A stretch of 64,000 nucleotides of DNA from positions 1-64,000 of the forward strand of contig JAQGDQ010001008.1 of NCBI GenBank assembly GCA_030141605.1, written 5' to 3'. The notes beneath the pieces were generated by a model. It searched no databases, was not told where the DNA came from, and worked only from the letters and a program-made list of their open reading frames with translations. A program made the translations under genes and the position numbers. Positions 13,301-23,711 of the stretch are shown here, one piece after another (the first letter of the stretch is position 1; each line of letters begins with the position of its first letter). The DNA comes from Tubiluchus corallicola. Taxonomy: Eukaryota > Animalia > Priapulida.

Positions 13301-16300
13301 GCACATCCAGCTTAAAAATAAGCTCTATGCAAATAATTAATCATAATCACACAGAAACTAGGTTACCAGTGTTTCTAATACACCACAAGTAATTGTTTCA
13401 TCTGCTCATTACATAAACAACCATAAATTCATAATAGAGATGGGCGGGGCAGAACTACCGGTCTAGGGCATCGTAAAGTGTTGATACGCCCATGTCCAGT
13501 TGAGCCGATTGTGGCCGCAAGTCAATGACCACCCGTAGTTCTTCATTTTCTGTTATTCCTAACTTTGATTGATCATTATAAGATAAAAGTACAACATTTG
13601 AACTTTGTGCCGCAGTTTTTACAACGTCTCTTCATCTGTTGATATAGAAATACCCGAGGTTCATCAGCTTCCATTCCGCAGTTTGTCACCGACGCGACGA
13701 AGGCGGTGGGACCTGCGCTACGAGCACTGGGGTCTGCCGGAGGACAGAGCGCCCCGCTTCGACTTCCCGCTCCGTTCCCGGTTCATCCAGGAAGGATTTG
13801 GCGTCAAGCTGTCGGCGTGCATCAGCGGGAGGCCGGCGCCGTCGGTAAGAAAGTTTGATGCTTTAGATAATGAAGAGATTTGATGGTGTGGTTTTGAACA
13901 ATTTGAGTGACTGAAGTTTTGTTAACATCCCAGCTGCTGCTTGTATACAGCTTTTATATAAGTGCCACATAACGAACAGGTGCAAGGTATTACACAACAA
14001 TTAGCTGCACATCCTGCTTAAAAATAAGAGCTACACTTATATCTCAGTTTGCCGGACCTAGCTTTTACGGATATCGGACAAAATCTTGACCGTTAAAAAG
14101 TCCCGTATACTACGGACGCAGTCCATTGTTTCGGGAGCTGACCGCTAGTTGGCAGGCTGTCTCTTTGTTTACATCACGTACATCAGTGTGAACATATGTA
14201 TATCTACATATATAAAAATATATGCGGAGTTATTTGAGTCAACTGTCAACAGTTTTTACAAACTTTTGCATAAGAGCCGCCGGTTCTAAACTTTTTCGTG
14301 ACAATTAGGTGATTGACTCTGCATCACCGTGAGTCTAATACACAGCACCTACTGTATTAGTTTAGTATCGGCAAATACGGACAATCGGCAAATTCGAACC
14401 GACGTCTCTCCGCTTTTGTCAGGCAGACCGAGACATGAGTGTATTTCTATCCAGTTGGCTGCTTCTTGCTGTACTTAATGCTTCGTTAATAGAATAACCG
14501 CTTCAGCTTTTTTAATGCTTTTCAATGCTTTCTGGGAGTGCTGTGCGATTTACGCGACAAAACTCATGCTTTTTACTAAATAACACCGTATCAGCACCTT
14601 TTCCGTAGTTTAAGTGTTAAAGGTATGACTCGCTGACCGACACCAACTGATTATGTAGATAATTCTGATAACGTTTGTTCTTTATTATTAATGTTTGCTG
14701 TGCATTAATGAATGTGTTTGTCTTTTTTCTCTCTAACCAACTTACTTCCGGGGCCGGAACAAACAGGAGAGAAACGTAAGTAGTTCTTAACTTCATTTGC
14801 TTAAGTTTTTTCTAGCGTATTTCATAGTTACGAATTAAAACGAGTGTTCGATGCTTAGGTGTTACATGATAGGGTTTTGTGCATGTAGTAACATTGCAAT
14901 TAATAGTAACAGCCTTGCCCTTTGCTGTGCCGCTTAACTGGGCGATGAAGCTAAAGTCGAATTACACGGTTCCCACGGTCGGAGAAAATCCTGGAAGATG
15001 CTTGAAAATACAGGCTATCCTGGGAAGTCATGGAAAAATCAGGGAAAAAGATAATTTGGTAAAAAGTCGGGGAAGATGATGAAAAAGGGGCGATGAAGAA
15101 TTGTTTTTACGTTTCTCCGTTTTTCTTTGTTAAATTTCTCTGGTTTAAGAAGTCTTGAAGACAATGATAAGCCTTTTCACAGTTTCGTTGTGCACAGCCG
15201 TCATGTAACATGCGTGTAAAGCAAAGCCGTCTGCCGCACCAGTTAAGTGTACCACAGCAACGCGTCTTAACTACCACCGTCACGTTACATGTGTGTAAGG
15301 CAAAGCCGTCTGCCGCACCAGTTAAGTAACTTCAGCCGTTTTACATGGACTTTACTCAACTATGCATTAGTCTGTGCGTAGAGTGATTTACTAGCAGGAT
15401 CTTCTTTGGGAACAAGAAAAAATGAACTAGGTAAGGTTCTAGCTAGCTGTTAAAACAGTTACTATTACAATAGCATTAGCTGCGAGGCGTTGTCAAGTGT
15501 ACACAAATGCGTTGCCTGGTACGCTTAACCTTTGACCTTTCACGCTCATCATCAATCACTGGAACTGTGAAAAGGCTTATCATTCGAAACGAGTCGACAA
15601 TAAAGTTCTATTTTTATTTTTGCCAAATATGAAAAACTCTATTTTTGTTACTGTGTGATTTTCTTACGTTGATCCTGTGATATTCTAGTTTCTGTCATTA
15701 GCCATTTTGTCATTAGCCATGTTAGCCATTTTACTAATCAATTGCTTTCACAGGTGCAATGGTACAAAGACAATCATCCGCTCGCAAACGACGCTCATTA
15801 CAAGATCACATACGTGGCCGGCATGGCCGAACTTCAGATAAACAAGACGGACATGCAGGACGCTGGCCGATACAGCATCGTGGCAACAAACAAGATCGGC
15901 GAAGCCCAGTGCGAATGCCGGCTGTCGATTAATCGTAAGTTGTGATTGGTTTTTACATACAGCAAAATTTCTATAAGATTTATGCAAAAACAAATTATTT
16001 TAGTGGCTTGTAGTTAATTCAAACATGAACAGAAAAACTGAATAACTTAAACAAAAAGCAAGTAAGTTAGCTCAACAATCTATGTATTCATGTGCTGCCA
16101 TCTATTTACAGCAAGAGAAGACAGGACTCCACGAACATGGAGGCGATTTACCAGCAGCTTACCCCTAGATCAGGTGATCCGCGTGGAAGAGGAATCGTCC
16201 ACGACAACCATTGATCGGGGCGAGGGTTACTCGAGGGTCACCAGAAAATATGCCTCCTCTTCGGACACTAGAACAACTATTGTACCCGAACGTACGTGTG

Positions 16301-19300
16301 ATTAGTAACAGGTTTAATGTCGAGGGTAACCCGAACGTGCGTGTGATTAGTAACAGGTTTAATGTCGAGGGTAACTCGAACGTACGTGTGATTAGTAACA
16401 ATTTTAATGTCGAGGGTAGCCCGAACGTACGTGTGATTAGTAACAATTTTAATGTCGAGGGTAGCCCGAACGTACGTGTGATTAGTAACAATTTTAATGT
16501 CGAGGGTAACCGGAACGTACGTGTGATTAGTAACAATTTTAATGTCGAGGGTAACCGGAACGTACGTGTGATTAGTAACAATTTTAATGTCGAGGGTAAC
16601 CCGAACGTACGTGCGATTAGTAACAATTTTAATGTCGAGGGTAGCCCGAACGTACGTGTGATTAGTAACAGGTTTAATGTCGAGGGTAACCCGAACGTAC
16701 GTGTGATTAGTAACAATTTTAATGTCGAGGGTAGCCCGAACGTACGTGTGATTAGTAACAATTTTAATGTCGAGGGTAACCGGAACGTACGTGTGATTAG
16801 TAACAATTTTAATGTCGAGGGTAACCGGAACGTACGTGTGATTAGTAACAATTTTAATGTCGAGGGTAACCCGAACGTACGTGCGATTAGTAACAATTTT
16901 AATGTCGAGGGTAACCGGAACGTACGTGCGATTAGTAACAATTTTAATGTCGAGGGTAACCCGAACGTACGTGCGATTAGTAACAATTTTAATGTCGAGG
17001 GTAACCCGAACGCGCGTGCGATTAGTAACAATTTTAATGTCGAGGGTAACCCGAACGTACGTGTGATTAGTAACGATTTTAATGTCGAGGGTAACCCGAA
17101 CGTACGTGCGATTAGTAACAATTTTAATGTCGAGAGTAACTGATTTATTTTGATCATTCAGTTAAATCGTTTGGATTAAAGGAAAACATTACCTGATTTT
17201 AGACCCTGATCCATGGTATATAGTATTGTTTTTTAAGAATGACTTACGTGAAAGCATTATTACCTTGGAAGATTTTTCATTGTTGCATTGTATCATTCTT
17301 AGTTTTTCATTGTTGCAACCATTTTCAGCCATTTGTACTAACAATGGCAGCAGCACCTGCTTCGCAGACTGTACTTCGTCAGGAAAATGCATCTCCGCCT
17401 CGACATCAGGACAACCTGCTGAAATTATGCGTTAACGTAAAAATGTTAACTTGTCACGTGAATTTAAAATTTGGCAAATGTTTGTGTTACGTTATCAATA
17501 TCACAGAGACGCGCTGTACGATGGAGTATTTTATGTTTTGGTTTTGCAAATGTGTGTGATGGAACATTTCTTCCCAGCTTGCCGGTGCTGCTACCTACAC
17601 ACACCAGCATTTTATTATATTATCAAGCTGTTACTTAACTACATAAGTTATTATTAGTAAAAGATGTATGCTTTAGTCACATAGGTCTAAGTGAATATGA
17701 TCTAAAAACCTGTCCTGTTTTCCTTTAATTACAGTCAAACCTCGGGTATAAGGTACTCGCTTATCGCTTATCAGGGATATTCGCTTATAAGTGACCACCA
17801 ACACCGGTCCCGATTTTTCGTAACGTTTTTTCTATGTAAAAATCTTCGATATAAGGAACGATATCTTCAGGTCCCACGTAATAGAAGCCCAGGTAAATTA
17901 CCTCGCTTATAAGGGACCTTATGATCAAAGCGAAATTGATCGATTTTTAACCTCAAGTTTTCGCAAACTCGGCCTGCGAACAGCTCGGTTTCCGTGGTTA
18001 CATACATCTCGCAACACTGAAGGAGCTTCCTACATACCGTTTGCACTGAATGTGTAGCAATAATCCATAAAAATATGGGTAAAAGTACAGAAAAGTACAG
18101 GTCTAGATACGCCCTCGGTCTGACTCAACTTCGGCTATAAGAGACATCGGATATAAGGGTAGGTTTTTTTCCAGTCCCTAGGTGTCCCTTATATCCGACG
18201 TTGACTGTATTTAAATGAGTTTAGCAACGAAGCCAGAAATCTTGTGAGCTTCATTGCTGTATAGACGCCGTGCACTACTGAAAATTACTAACAAGAATCG
18301 CTAATCAATTATATTTATATTTTATATAAAATTTTACAGCAAGGAAGCCCGGCGTGAGAACTCCGGCGTTTACAGAAAAGTTATTCAGACAGACGGTTCG
18401 AGAAGGCGAAGCCGTATTATTCACTTGCACCTGCGTAGGATACCCAGAACCTACCGTAGAATGGTTTAAAGATGGCCAGGTGAGCACGTCCGTACACGTG
18501 TTTATGATGCAAGATTGTTTTGTAGATTTTAGCAAGAATTTATTACGGATTAAGAAGCGAAATATTAAGCCTTGCGAGAAGAAACTTTAATTTTCTGTAT
18601 TTCATGCAGTTTAGATTTTGACAATTACATAAAGAATAACAAATTATGTAGTGAAAAACGATTTTCTTATGTTATAAAAGGCCAAGTACACAACACTGTT
18701 AAACGATGTGACAGTAGAGCTACCAATGTCTTATGTACTGCAGTTCAGTTCGTGTGAAGTTCAATAATTATTTACACACTCTCCGTCTAGTATTCAGTTA
18801 TCTTCATCTGCAGTCCTGGGGAAAATAATGGTGGGGGGGGGGTGCGACTTGTAAGACAAGAGAATTTTCCCGGTCAACAAGTCGGCATAGTTAAAACTAC
18901 GTTATTATGATTCAATTTGGTCTAAACTTAATTTCTTGGTGTTTTTTTTATATTGAGAAACGCTCAATATATTTTGGACTTTTATATTCTAGCATCAAAT
19001 TATCAGGAAAATATTCAAAAAATACTAAAAATTTTATTTTACTACCCCCGTACCCATTTTCCTATCTAGAAACTAGTACTGCAATTGTAAAAAACTTGTA
19101 TTTTCAAACTCTGACAGTAACTCATGGAAGCTGTCATTTTGCTTCGGGTTTTTTCTGTTGCCAAGACCAGGTCTTCGTCAGGAAGAGCCATCTGCTGGAT
19201 TTAAACATAACTTCAATGTGTTCTTGCAAAGTTCGTAGCAACCAACATTTGTTGTACGGTTACTAAGTGTTTTGTAGAAACGTGACAAAAAACATTGGCT

Positions 19301-22300
19301 GATTTTAGCAGTGTTTTTCTCAAGATTATGTTTTTCACTGCACAACCTGCACCTCAACTTCAACGTGGAATATCTCAGCTTAGAAATAACATAGAGTGAT
19401 GAACTTGGTATCAAAATGATCCTCATGAAATGGAGATTCTAGAAAAAGCGTAATTTCTAACTTGTGGAAGTTTTTGTTACTCAAGCACGCAACTATTGTT
19501 TTATTTTAATTCATTCAGTATTTTCCGTTCATTTTATTGTGATTTTCCCTATGGAAAATTCCCTATAGAAAACTTAAACTCTTACTGTGGGCTATTGGCA
19601 CTATTACAACTGGTGCCTGAAAGAAAAATCCTAAACTAAAACAGGTAACCAAGAATCCAGGATTAACTTATACTATATAGCTGCTATGCTGCTGTACTTA
19701 CGTATAAGTGCTGCTACCTATAGGTTAAAGTGAGAAACTGGCTGTAAGAACTGCTGTATTGTATAAGTATCTCCAGATTCATTTACGGACGATAACAACG
19801 CAGTGATTTTCTTCCAGGCTCTGAGGCCATCCGATGCCATAGATATTCAATACAAATCGGGCGTGTGCACGTTAGGCATAGCCGAAACTATAGCAGAGGA
19901 CGACGGCGAATACACGTGTAAAGCAGTGAGCCGGGAAGGTTATGATTCTACTTCAGCTAGACTGATCGTTAAAGGTACGCTTCCATTAGGGAAGGTTATG
20001 ATTCTACTTCAGCTAGATTGATCGTTAAAGGTACGCTTCCAGTAGGGAAGGTTATGATTCTACTTCAGCTAGATTGATCGTTAAAGGTACGCTTCCATTA
20101 GACAAGGTTACGATTCTACTTCAGCTAGATTGATCGTTAAAGGTACGCTTTCATTAGGGAAGGTTATGATTCTACTTCAGCTAGATTGATCGTTAAAGGT
20201 ACGCTTTCATTAGGGAAGGTTATGATTCTACTTCAGCTAGACTGATCGTTAAAGGTATGCTTCCATTAGACAAGGTTATGATTCTACTTCAGCTAGATTG
20301 ATCGTTAAAGGTACGCTTCCATTAGGGAAGGTTATGATTCTACTTCAGCTAGATTGATCGTTAAAGGTACGCTTCCATTAGGGAAGGTTATGATTCTACT
20401 TCAGCTAGATTGATCGTTAAAGGTACGCTTTCATTAGGGAAGGTTATGATTCTACTTCAGCTAGATTGATCGTTAAAGGTACGCTTCCAGTAGGGAAGGT
20501 TATGATTCTACTTCAGCTAGATTGATCGTTAAAGGTACGCTTTCATTAGGGAAGGTTATGATTCTACTTCAGCTAGATTGATCGTTAAAGGTATGCTTCC
20601 AGTAGGGAAGGTTATGATTCTACTTCAGCTAGATTGATCGTTAAAGGTACGCTTCCAGTAGGGAAGGTTATGATTCTACTTCAGCTAGATTGATCGTTAA
20701 AGGTACGCTTCCATTAGGGAAGGTTATGATTCTACTTCAGCTAGATTGACCGTTAAAGGTACGCTTCCATTAGGGAAGGTTATGATTCTACTTCAGCTAG
20801 ATTGACCGTTAAAGGTATGCTTTCATTAGGGAAGGTTATGATTCTACTTCAGCTAGATTGATCGTTAAAGGTACGCTTCCATTAGGGAAGGTTATCATTC
20901 TACTTCAGCTAGATTGATCGTTAAAGGTACGCTTCCATTAGGGAAGGTTATGATTCTACTTCAGCTAGATTGATCGTTAAAGGTACGCTTCCATTAGGGA
21001 AGGTTATGATTCTTCTTCAGCTAGATTGATCGTTAAAGGTACACTTCCATTAGGGAAGGTTATGATTCTACTTCAGCTAGATTGATCGTTAAAGGTACGC
21101 TTCCAGTAGGGAAGGTTATGATTCTACTTCAGCTAGATTGACCGTTAAAGGTACGCTTCCATTAGGGAAGGTTATGATTCTACTTCAGCTAGATTGACCG
21201 TTAAAGGTATGCTTTCATTAGGGAAGGTTATGATTCTACTTCAGCTAGATTGATCGTTAAAGGTATGCTTCCATTAGGGAAGGTTATGATTCTACTTCAG
21301 CTAGATTGATCGTTAAAGGTATGCTTCCATTAGGGAAGGTTATGTTTCTACTTCAGCTAGATTGATCGTTAAAGGTACGCTTCCATTAGGGAAGGTTATC
21401 ATTCTACTTCAGCTAGATTGATCGTTAAAGGTACGCTTCCATTAGGGAAGGTTATGATTCTACTTCAGCTAGATTGATCGTTAAAGGTACGCTTTCATTA
21501 GGGAAGGTTATGATTCTACTTCAGCTAGATTGATCGTTAAAGGTACACTTCCATTAGGGAAGGTTATGATTCTACTTCAGCTAGATTGATCGTTAAAGGT
21601 ACGCTTCCAGTAGGGAAGGTTATGATTCTACTTCAGCTAGATTGATCGTTAAAGGTACGCTTCCAGTAGGGAAGGTTATGATTCTACTTCAGCTAGATTG
21701 ATCGTTAAAGGTACGCTTCCATTAGGGAAGGTTATGATTCTACTTCAGCTAGATTGATCGTTAAAGGTACACTTCCATTACGTGCAATTTCATTTAAATT
21801 TAAAAATTAGCTAAATACAGTAAACTCCGCATAACTTGAATCGAAAAAACTTTGAGTTAGACGATGCTGACCATTTTCCAACAGAGAAACTCTAAACCCC
21901 TCTTCCAGACGGCAAGCTAAATAGAAGACAGAAAGTCAACCCTTCTATACATCAACGACGATATTTGATGACAATTACATAAAGAATGACAAATTATGTA
22001 GAGAAACTCTAAACCCCTCCTCCATACGGCTGAGCTAAGTAGAAGGCAGAAAGTTAACCCTTCTATACATAAACAAAGATATTTGATGACAATTACATAA
22101 AGAATTATAACTTATGTAGTGAAACATGATTTTCTTATGTTACAAAAGGACATGTTCACAACACTGTTAAACAATATGACAGTGGAGCTACCAATGTCTT
22201 ATGTACTGCAGTTGAGTTTGTGCAAAGTTCAATTATTTACACTCTCCATCAAATATTCAGTTATCTTCACCTGCAGTCCTGGGAAAAATAACTGGGGGGG

Positions 22301-22587
22301 GGGGGGGGTGCGACTTGTAAGACATGAGAATTTTCCAGGAAAACGATACTGTTTTTGAATTGTGCGAAACTTTTTATTTTTCTAGAGTACTGTCTGCTGA
22401 AATTCTTTGAGTTACACGGAGTTCACTGTAATCGCTCGACGTTCATCAGTACTATGATTCCCTCAGTTGCTGTAGGTGACTCGGTGTCTTTAATGCCCTC
22501 AAAATAGACATTGTTTGTATACATGTGTTATCGTCCAATCACGGAAGCTGTAACATTTATACGTTGCCATTTTTCTTTTCAGCTTGA
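101..22587 (+). CDS. unc-22: Twitchin/projectin (titin-family giant muscle kinase), 3' part: 16 exons encoding the kinase N-linker, kinase domain, C-terminal regulatory tail and three Ig domains; the gene begins upstream of the window
   Basis: Exons 101-139, 711-770, 1651-1744, 4783-4986, 5490-5831, 7296-7448, 8720-8843, 9482-9584, 10787-10904, 12620-12792, 13648-13844, 15754-15934, 16112-16291, 18340-18479, 19818-19974, 22583-22587 join in frame via GT-AG introns. Motifs: KYIPQPVRIKHGSVYDDYEVLEELGVGAFGVVHRC, HLDIKPEN, DFG, GTAEFAAPE, PAIGRLANYSSLRKHRPQEY, then I-set Ig domains. Confidence 0.93.
200..648. repeat. 55-bp tandem array (about 8 copies) inside a pogo-like MITE end
   Basis: Unit gaatatttaacacctttcctcacttaacgacgcaccgtttcgttttaacgacact, following TIR-like CGGTAAGTCCTCG. 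Confidence 0.88.
711..770 (+). CDS. unc-22: twitchin exon (DETGRKIRGRGTRPDNYDMY), kinase N-terminal linker
   Basis: ttacag acceptor, gtgagt donor; DNYD motif of the twitchin N-linker. Confidence 0.88.
761..954 (+). repeat. 97-bp tandem duplication containing an exon end and donor
   Basis: gacatg(t/g)att|gtgagtatggcttcg at 761 and 858. Confidence 0.9.
1115..1485. repeat. (GTT/GCT)n microsatellite
   Basis: Direct inspection. Confidence 0.95.
1651..1744 (+). CDS. unc-22: twitchin exon (YDYYKKYIPQPVRIKHGSVYDDYEVLEELG)
   Basis: tttcag acceptor, gtacgt donor; start of the kinase domain. Confidence 0.92.
2092..4732. repeat. 39-bp minisatellite, about 68 copies
   Basis: Unit gtgattctgattgtttcactttctct(t/g)taaaactagcca. 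Confidence 0.97.
4783..4986 (+). CDS. unc-22: twitchin kinase exon (GAFGVVHRC...MIMEF)
   Basis: Gly-rich loop and VAIK-equivalent FAGKF; splice sites in phase. Confidence 0.95.
5490..5831 (+). CDS. unc-22: twitchin kinase exon (catalytic loop, DFG, APE)
   Basis: LSGGELFERI...HLDIKPEN...DFG...APE...DMWAVGV; phase 2-2. Confidence 0.96.
5881..6211. mobile_element. Tc1/mariner(pogo)-type MITE family A, copy 1
   Basis: TIR CAGTCAACCCTCGTTAAACCGGAC, TA flanks; copies at 11008 and 54875 in opposite orientation. Confidence 0.88.
6975..7321 (+). repeat. Four tandem copies (73-81 bp period) of an acceptor site plus exon start
   Basis: AG at 7061, 7134, 7214 and 7295, each in ttgttgtttag|ttt(a/g)agcggcttgtcgcc. 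Confidence 0.92.
7296..7448 (+). CDS. unc-22: twitchin kinase exon (LSGLSPFAGDNDVETLKNV...)
   Basis: In-frame continuation; only the last of four tandem acceptor copies gives an open frame. Confidence 0.93.
7545..8040. repeat. Dispersed repeat, inverted copy at about 59090-59560
   Basis: Reverse-complement similarity over about 450 bp. Confidence 0.72.
8720..8843 (+). CDS. unc-22: twitchin exon (KRMTVHECLDHPWL...IREKY)
   Basis: Kinase subdomain XI, HPWL; splice sites in phase. Confidence 0.94.
9482..9584 (+). CDS. unc-22: twitchin autoinhibitory tail exon (ATWPTPMPAIGRLANYSSLRKHRPQEYQMYESSF)
   Basis: Characteristic twitchin C-terminal regulatory sequence. Confidence 0.93.
9585..9905. repeat. 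29-30-bp minisatellite starting at a donor site, about 11 copies
   Basis: Unit gagtgaaacatgggaaatcttttctattt. Confidence 0.93.
10787..10904 (+). CDS. unc-22: twitchin Ig exon (DRREAAPRFVVRP...PVVTW)
   Basis: First half of the post-kinase Ig domain. Confidence 0.92.
11008..11320. mobile_element. MITE family A, copy 2
   Basis: Same TIRs and internal sequence, TA flanks. Confidence 0.88.
11818..12361 (-). mobile_element. 5S rRNA-derived SINE (SINE3-type), copy 1
   Basis: 12251-12361 reverse complement is 5S rRNA-like; about 420-bp body; (CAA)n tail; near-identical copy at 56171-56720. Confidence 0.88.
12620..12792 (+). CDS. unc-22: twitchin Ig exon (YHEGDQL...EDAGEYIVSAANSFG)
   Basis: DxGxY Ig motif; phases match. 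Confidence 0.92.
12798..13136. repeat. 25-bp minisatellite starting 5 bp after a donor, about 13 copies
   Basis: Unit tagatctatggttttcttccaatgt. Confidence 0.9.
13648..13844 (+). CDS. unc-22: twitchin linker + Ig exon (...APRFDFPLRSRFIQ...GRPAPS)
   Basis: APRF...LR.R.IQ motif; phases match. Confidence 0.9.
15754..15934 (+). CDS. unc-22: twitchin Ig exon (VQWYKDN...DAGRYSIVATNKIG)
   Basis: WYK and DxGxY Ig motifs. Confidence 0.92.
16112..16291 (+). CDS. unc-22: twitchin Ser/Thr-rich inter-Ig linker exon
   Basis: Phase 1-1, 180 nt open frame, ttacag acceptor and gtacgt donor. Confidence 0.82.
16284..17140 (+). repeat. 45-bp minisatellite containing an exon end and donor, 19 copies
   Basis: Unit acccgaac|gtacgtgtgattagtaacaattttaatgtcgagggta. 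Confidence 0.96.
17732..18207. mobile_element. pogo/Tigger-like MITE
   Basis: TA|CAGTCAAACCTCGGGTATAAGG ... CCTTATATCCGACGTTGACTG|TA. Confidence 0.75.
18340..18479 (+). CDS. unc-22: twitchin Ig exon (PAFTEKL...GYPEPTVEWFKDGQ)
   Basis: I-set Ig first half. Confidence 0.92.
19818..19974 (+). CDS. unc-22: twitchin last Ig exon (...EDDGEYTCKAVSREGYDSTSARLIVK)
   Basis: DxGxYxC Ig motif. Confidence 0.92.
19934..21780 (+). repeat. 56-bp minisatellite = 41 nt exon + 15 nt intron, 33 copies
   Basis: Unit ggaaggttatgattctacttcagctagattgatcgttaaag|gtacgcttccattag; donors from 19975 to 21767. Confidence 0.97.
21818..22428. mobile_element. pogo/Tigger-like MITE
   Basis: TA|CAGTAAACTCCGCATAACT ... AGTTACACGGAGTTCACTG|TA. 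Confidence 0.72.
22583..22587 (+). CDS. unc-22: twitchin terminal exon, coding part (completes Ala codon + TGA); 3' UTR probably runs to about 23650
   Basis: Strong acceptor tttttcttttcag at 22582; G|CT TGA in phase; AATAAA near 23519 and 23633. Confidence 0.7.
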
Positions 22588-23711
22588 GTACGAGCGAATT
22601 TCTAATTCAATGTAATTTTTGTTGTCAAACAACCAGTCACCACTGCAGTACCCGGGAGAGAGAGACAGTCATACGATTGGTGATGTCTCCAACACTAAGC
22701 ACTACTCACCTGCCACCTGTTAGCAGTCATTAGAACTACTCGTTAATTTTATGCGTAATCAGTTAGGTTGCTATGTCTTGTTCAAATTACTTTTAGCTTA
22801 GAAGATTTCTGATAGCTGGAAACTGTCAGCTTTCACTCAGTGATGAGCTTATCCTTGTTTTGTGAGACGACTGGATTCTGCCATCAGTAGTCTCACAAAG
22901 CAGTGTCTGTCTCACAAAGCAGTGTCTGTCTCACAAAGCAGTGTCTGTCTCACAAAGCAGTGTCTGTCTCACTTAAATTAGTTTCTATTTTAACTCTAGA
23001 CTGGTTGACACTAGTAGCAGTAGCATTCATTCATTTTGATGTATATTACGTTCGTTGCTGTCCGTAGGTAGCCTGAATTTTGATGCGTTCAGACCGACGG
23101 CGGCGCCACAATCGCTTTTTGTTTTTTTTTTGGACTTGTTTCGCCGCCGTCGGTCCGTCCGCTCTCTCCATTATTGTTAATTAGTTTAGTTCAGAGCGGT
23201 AGGTTTGATACTAGTAGCTTTGCCTTACTGCCGAGCGCGTGAATTCGTTCGGCAGCTTTCCGACCGGTCGAATCGCGATCGGTCGAACTTTTTGTGAGAT
23301 ATTTCAGACGTGTAAAAGCGTTCGTGGAATGTTACTTGCTGACACTAACACACCGGCCTTTTTTGAGTTGTTTCTAGTCACGTGTTAAATATTTTCATTA
23401 ACTTCTTAACACTTTTATAAATTTACTAGTTATTATTTATGATAAAACGAGAATCGCTGCTCCGTCTGCGGGCGAGAATTCTTGATATAATATTGCTGTT
23501 TGCAAATTCTGTTATATAAATAAAGGTTTTGTATGTTTGACTTTTGTTGTTTATAAGGCAAGGAAACGTATAGAGAATCCCACTTTTATCTTTAGTAAAC
23601 TTTGTTAGCTTAATTTTATGTTGCAGAAATAATAAAATGGCACTGAAATGTATGTAAGAAAGTCTTGATGTTTGTTTTTCATCTTGTTGATTGGCAATAG
23701 AACGACGGGTA

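Noticed and set aside
19934-21780. CRISPR-like appearance of the regular arrays
   Set aside because: Units are head-to-tail with no unique spacers, there are no cas genes, and the context is a eukaryotic intron.
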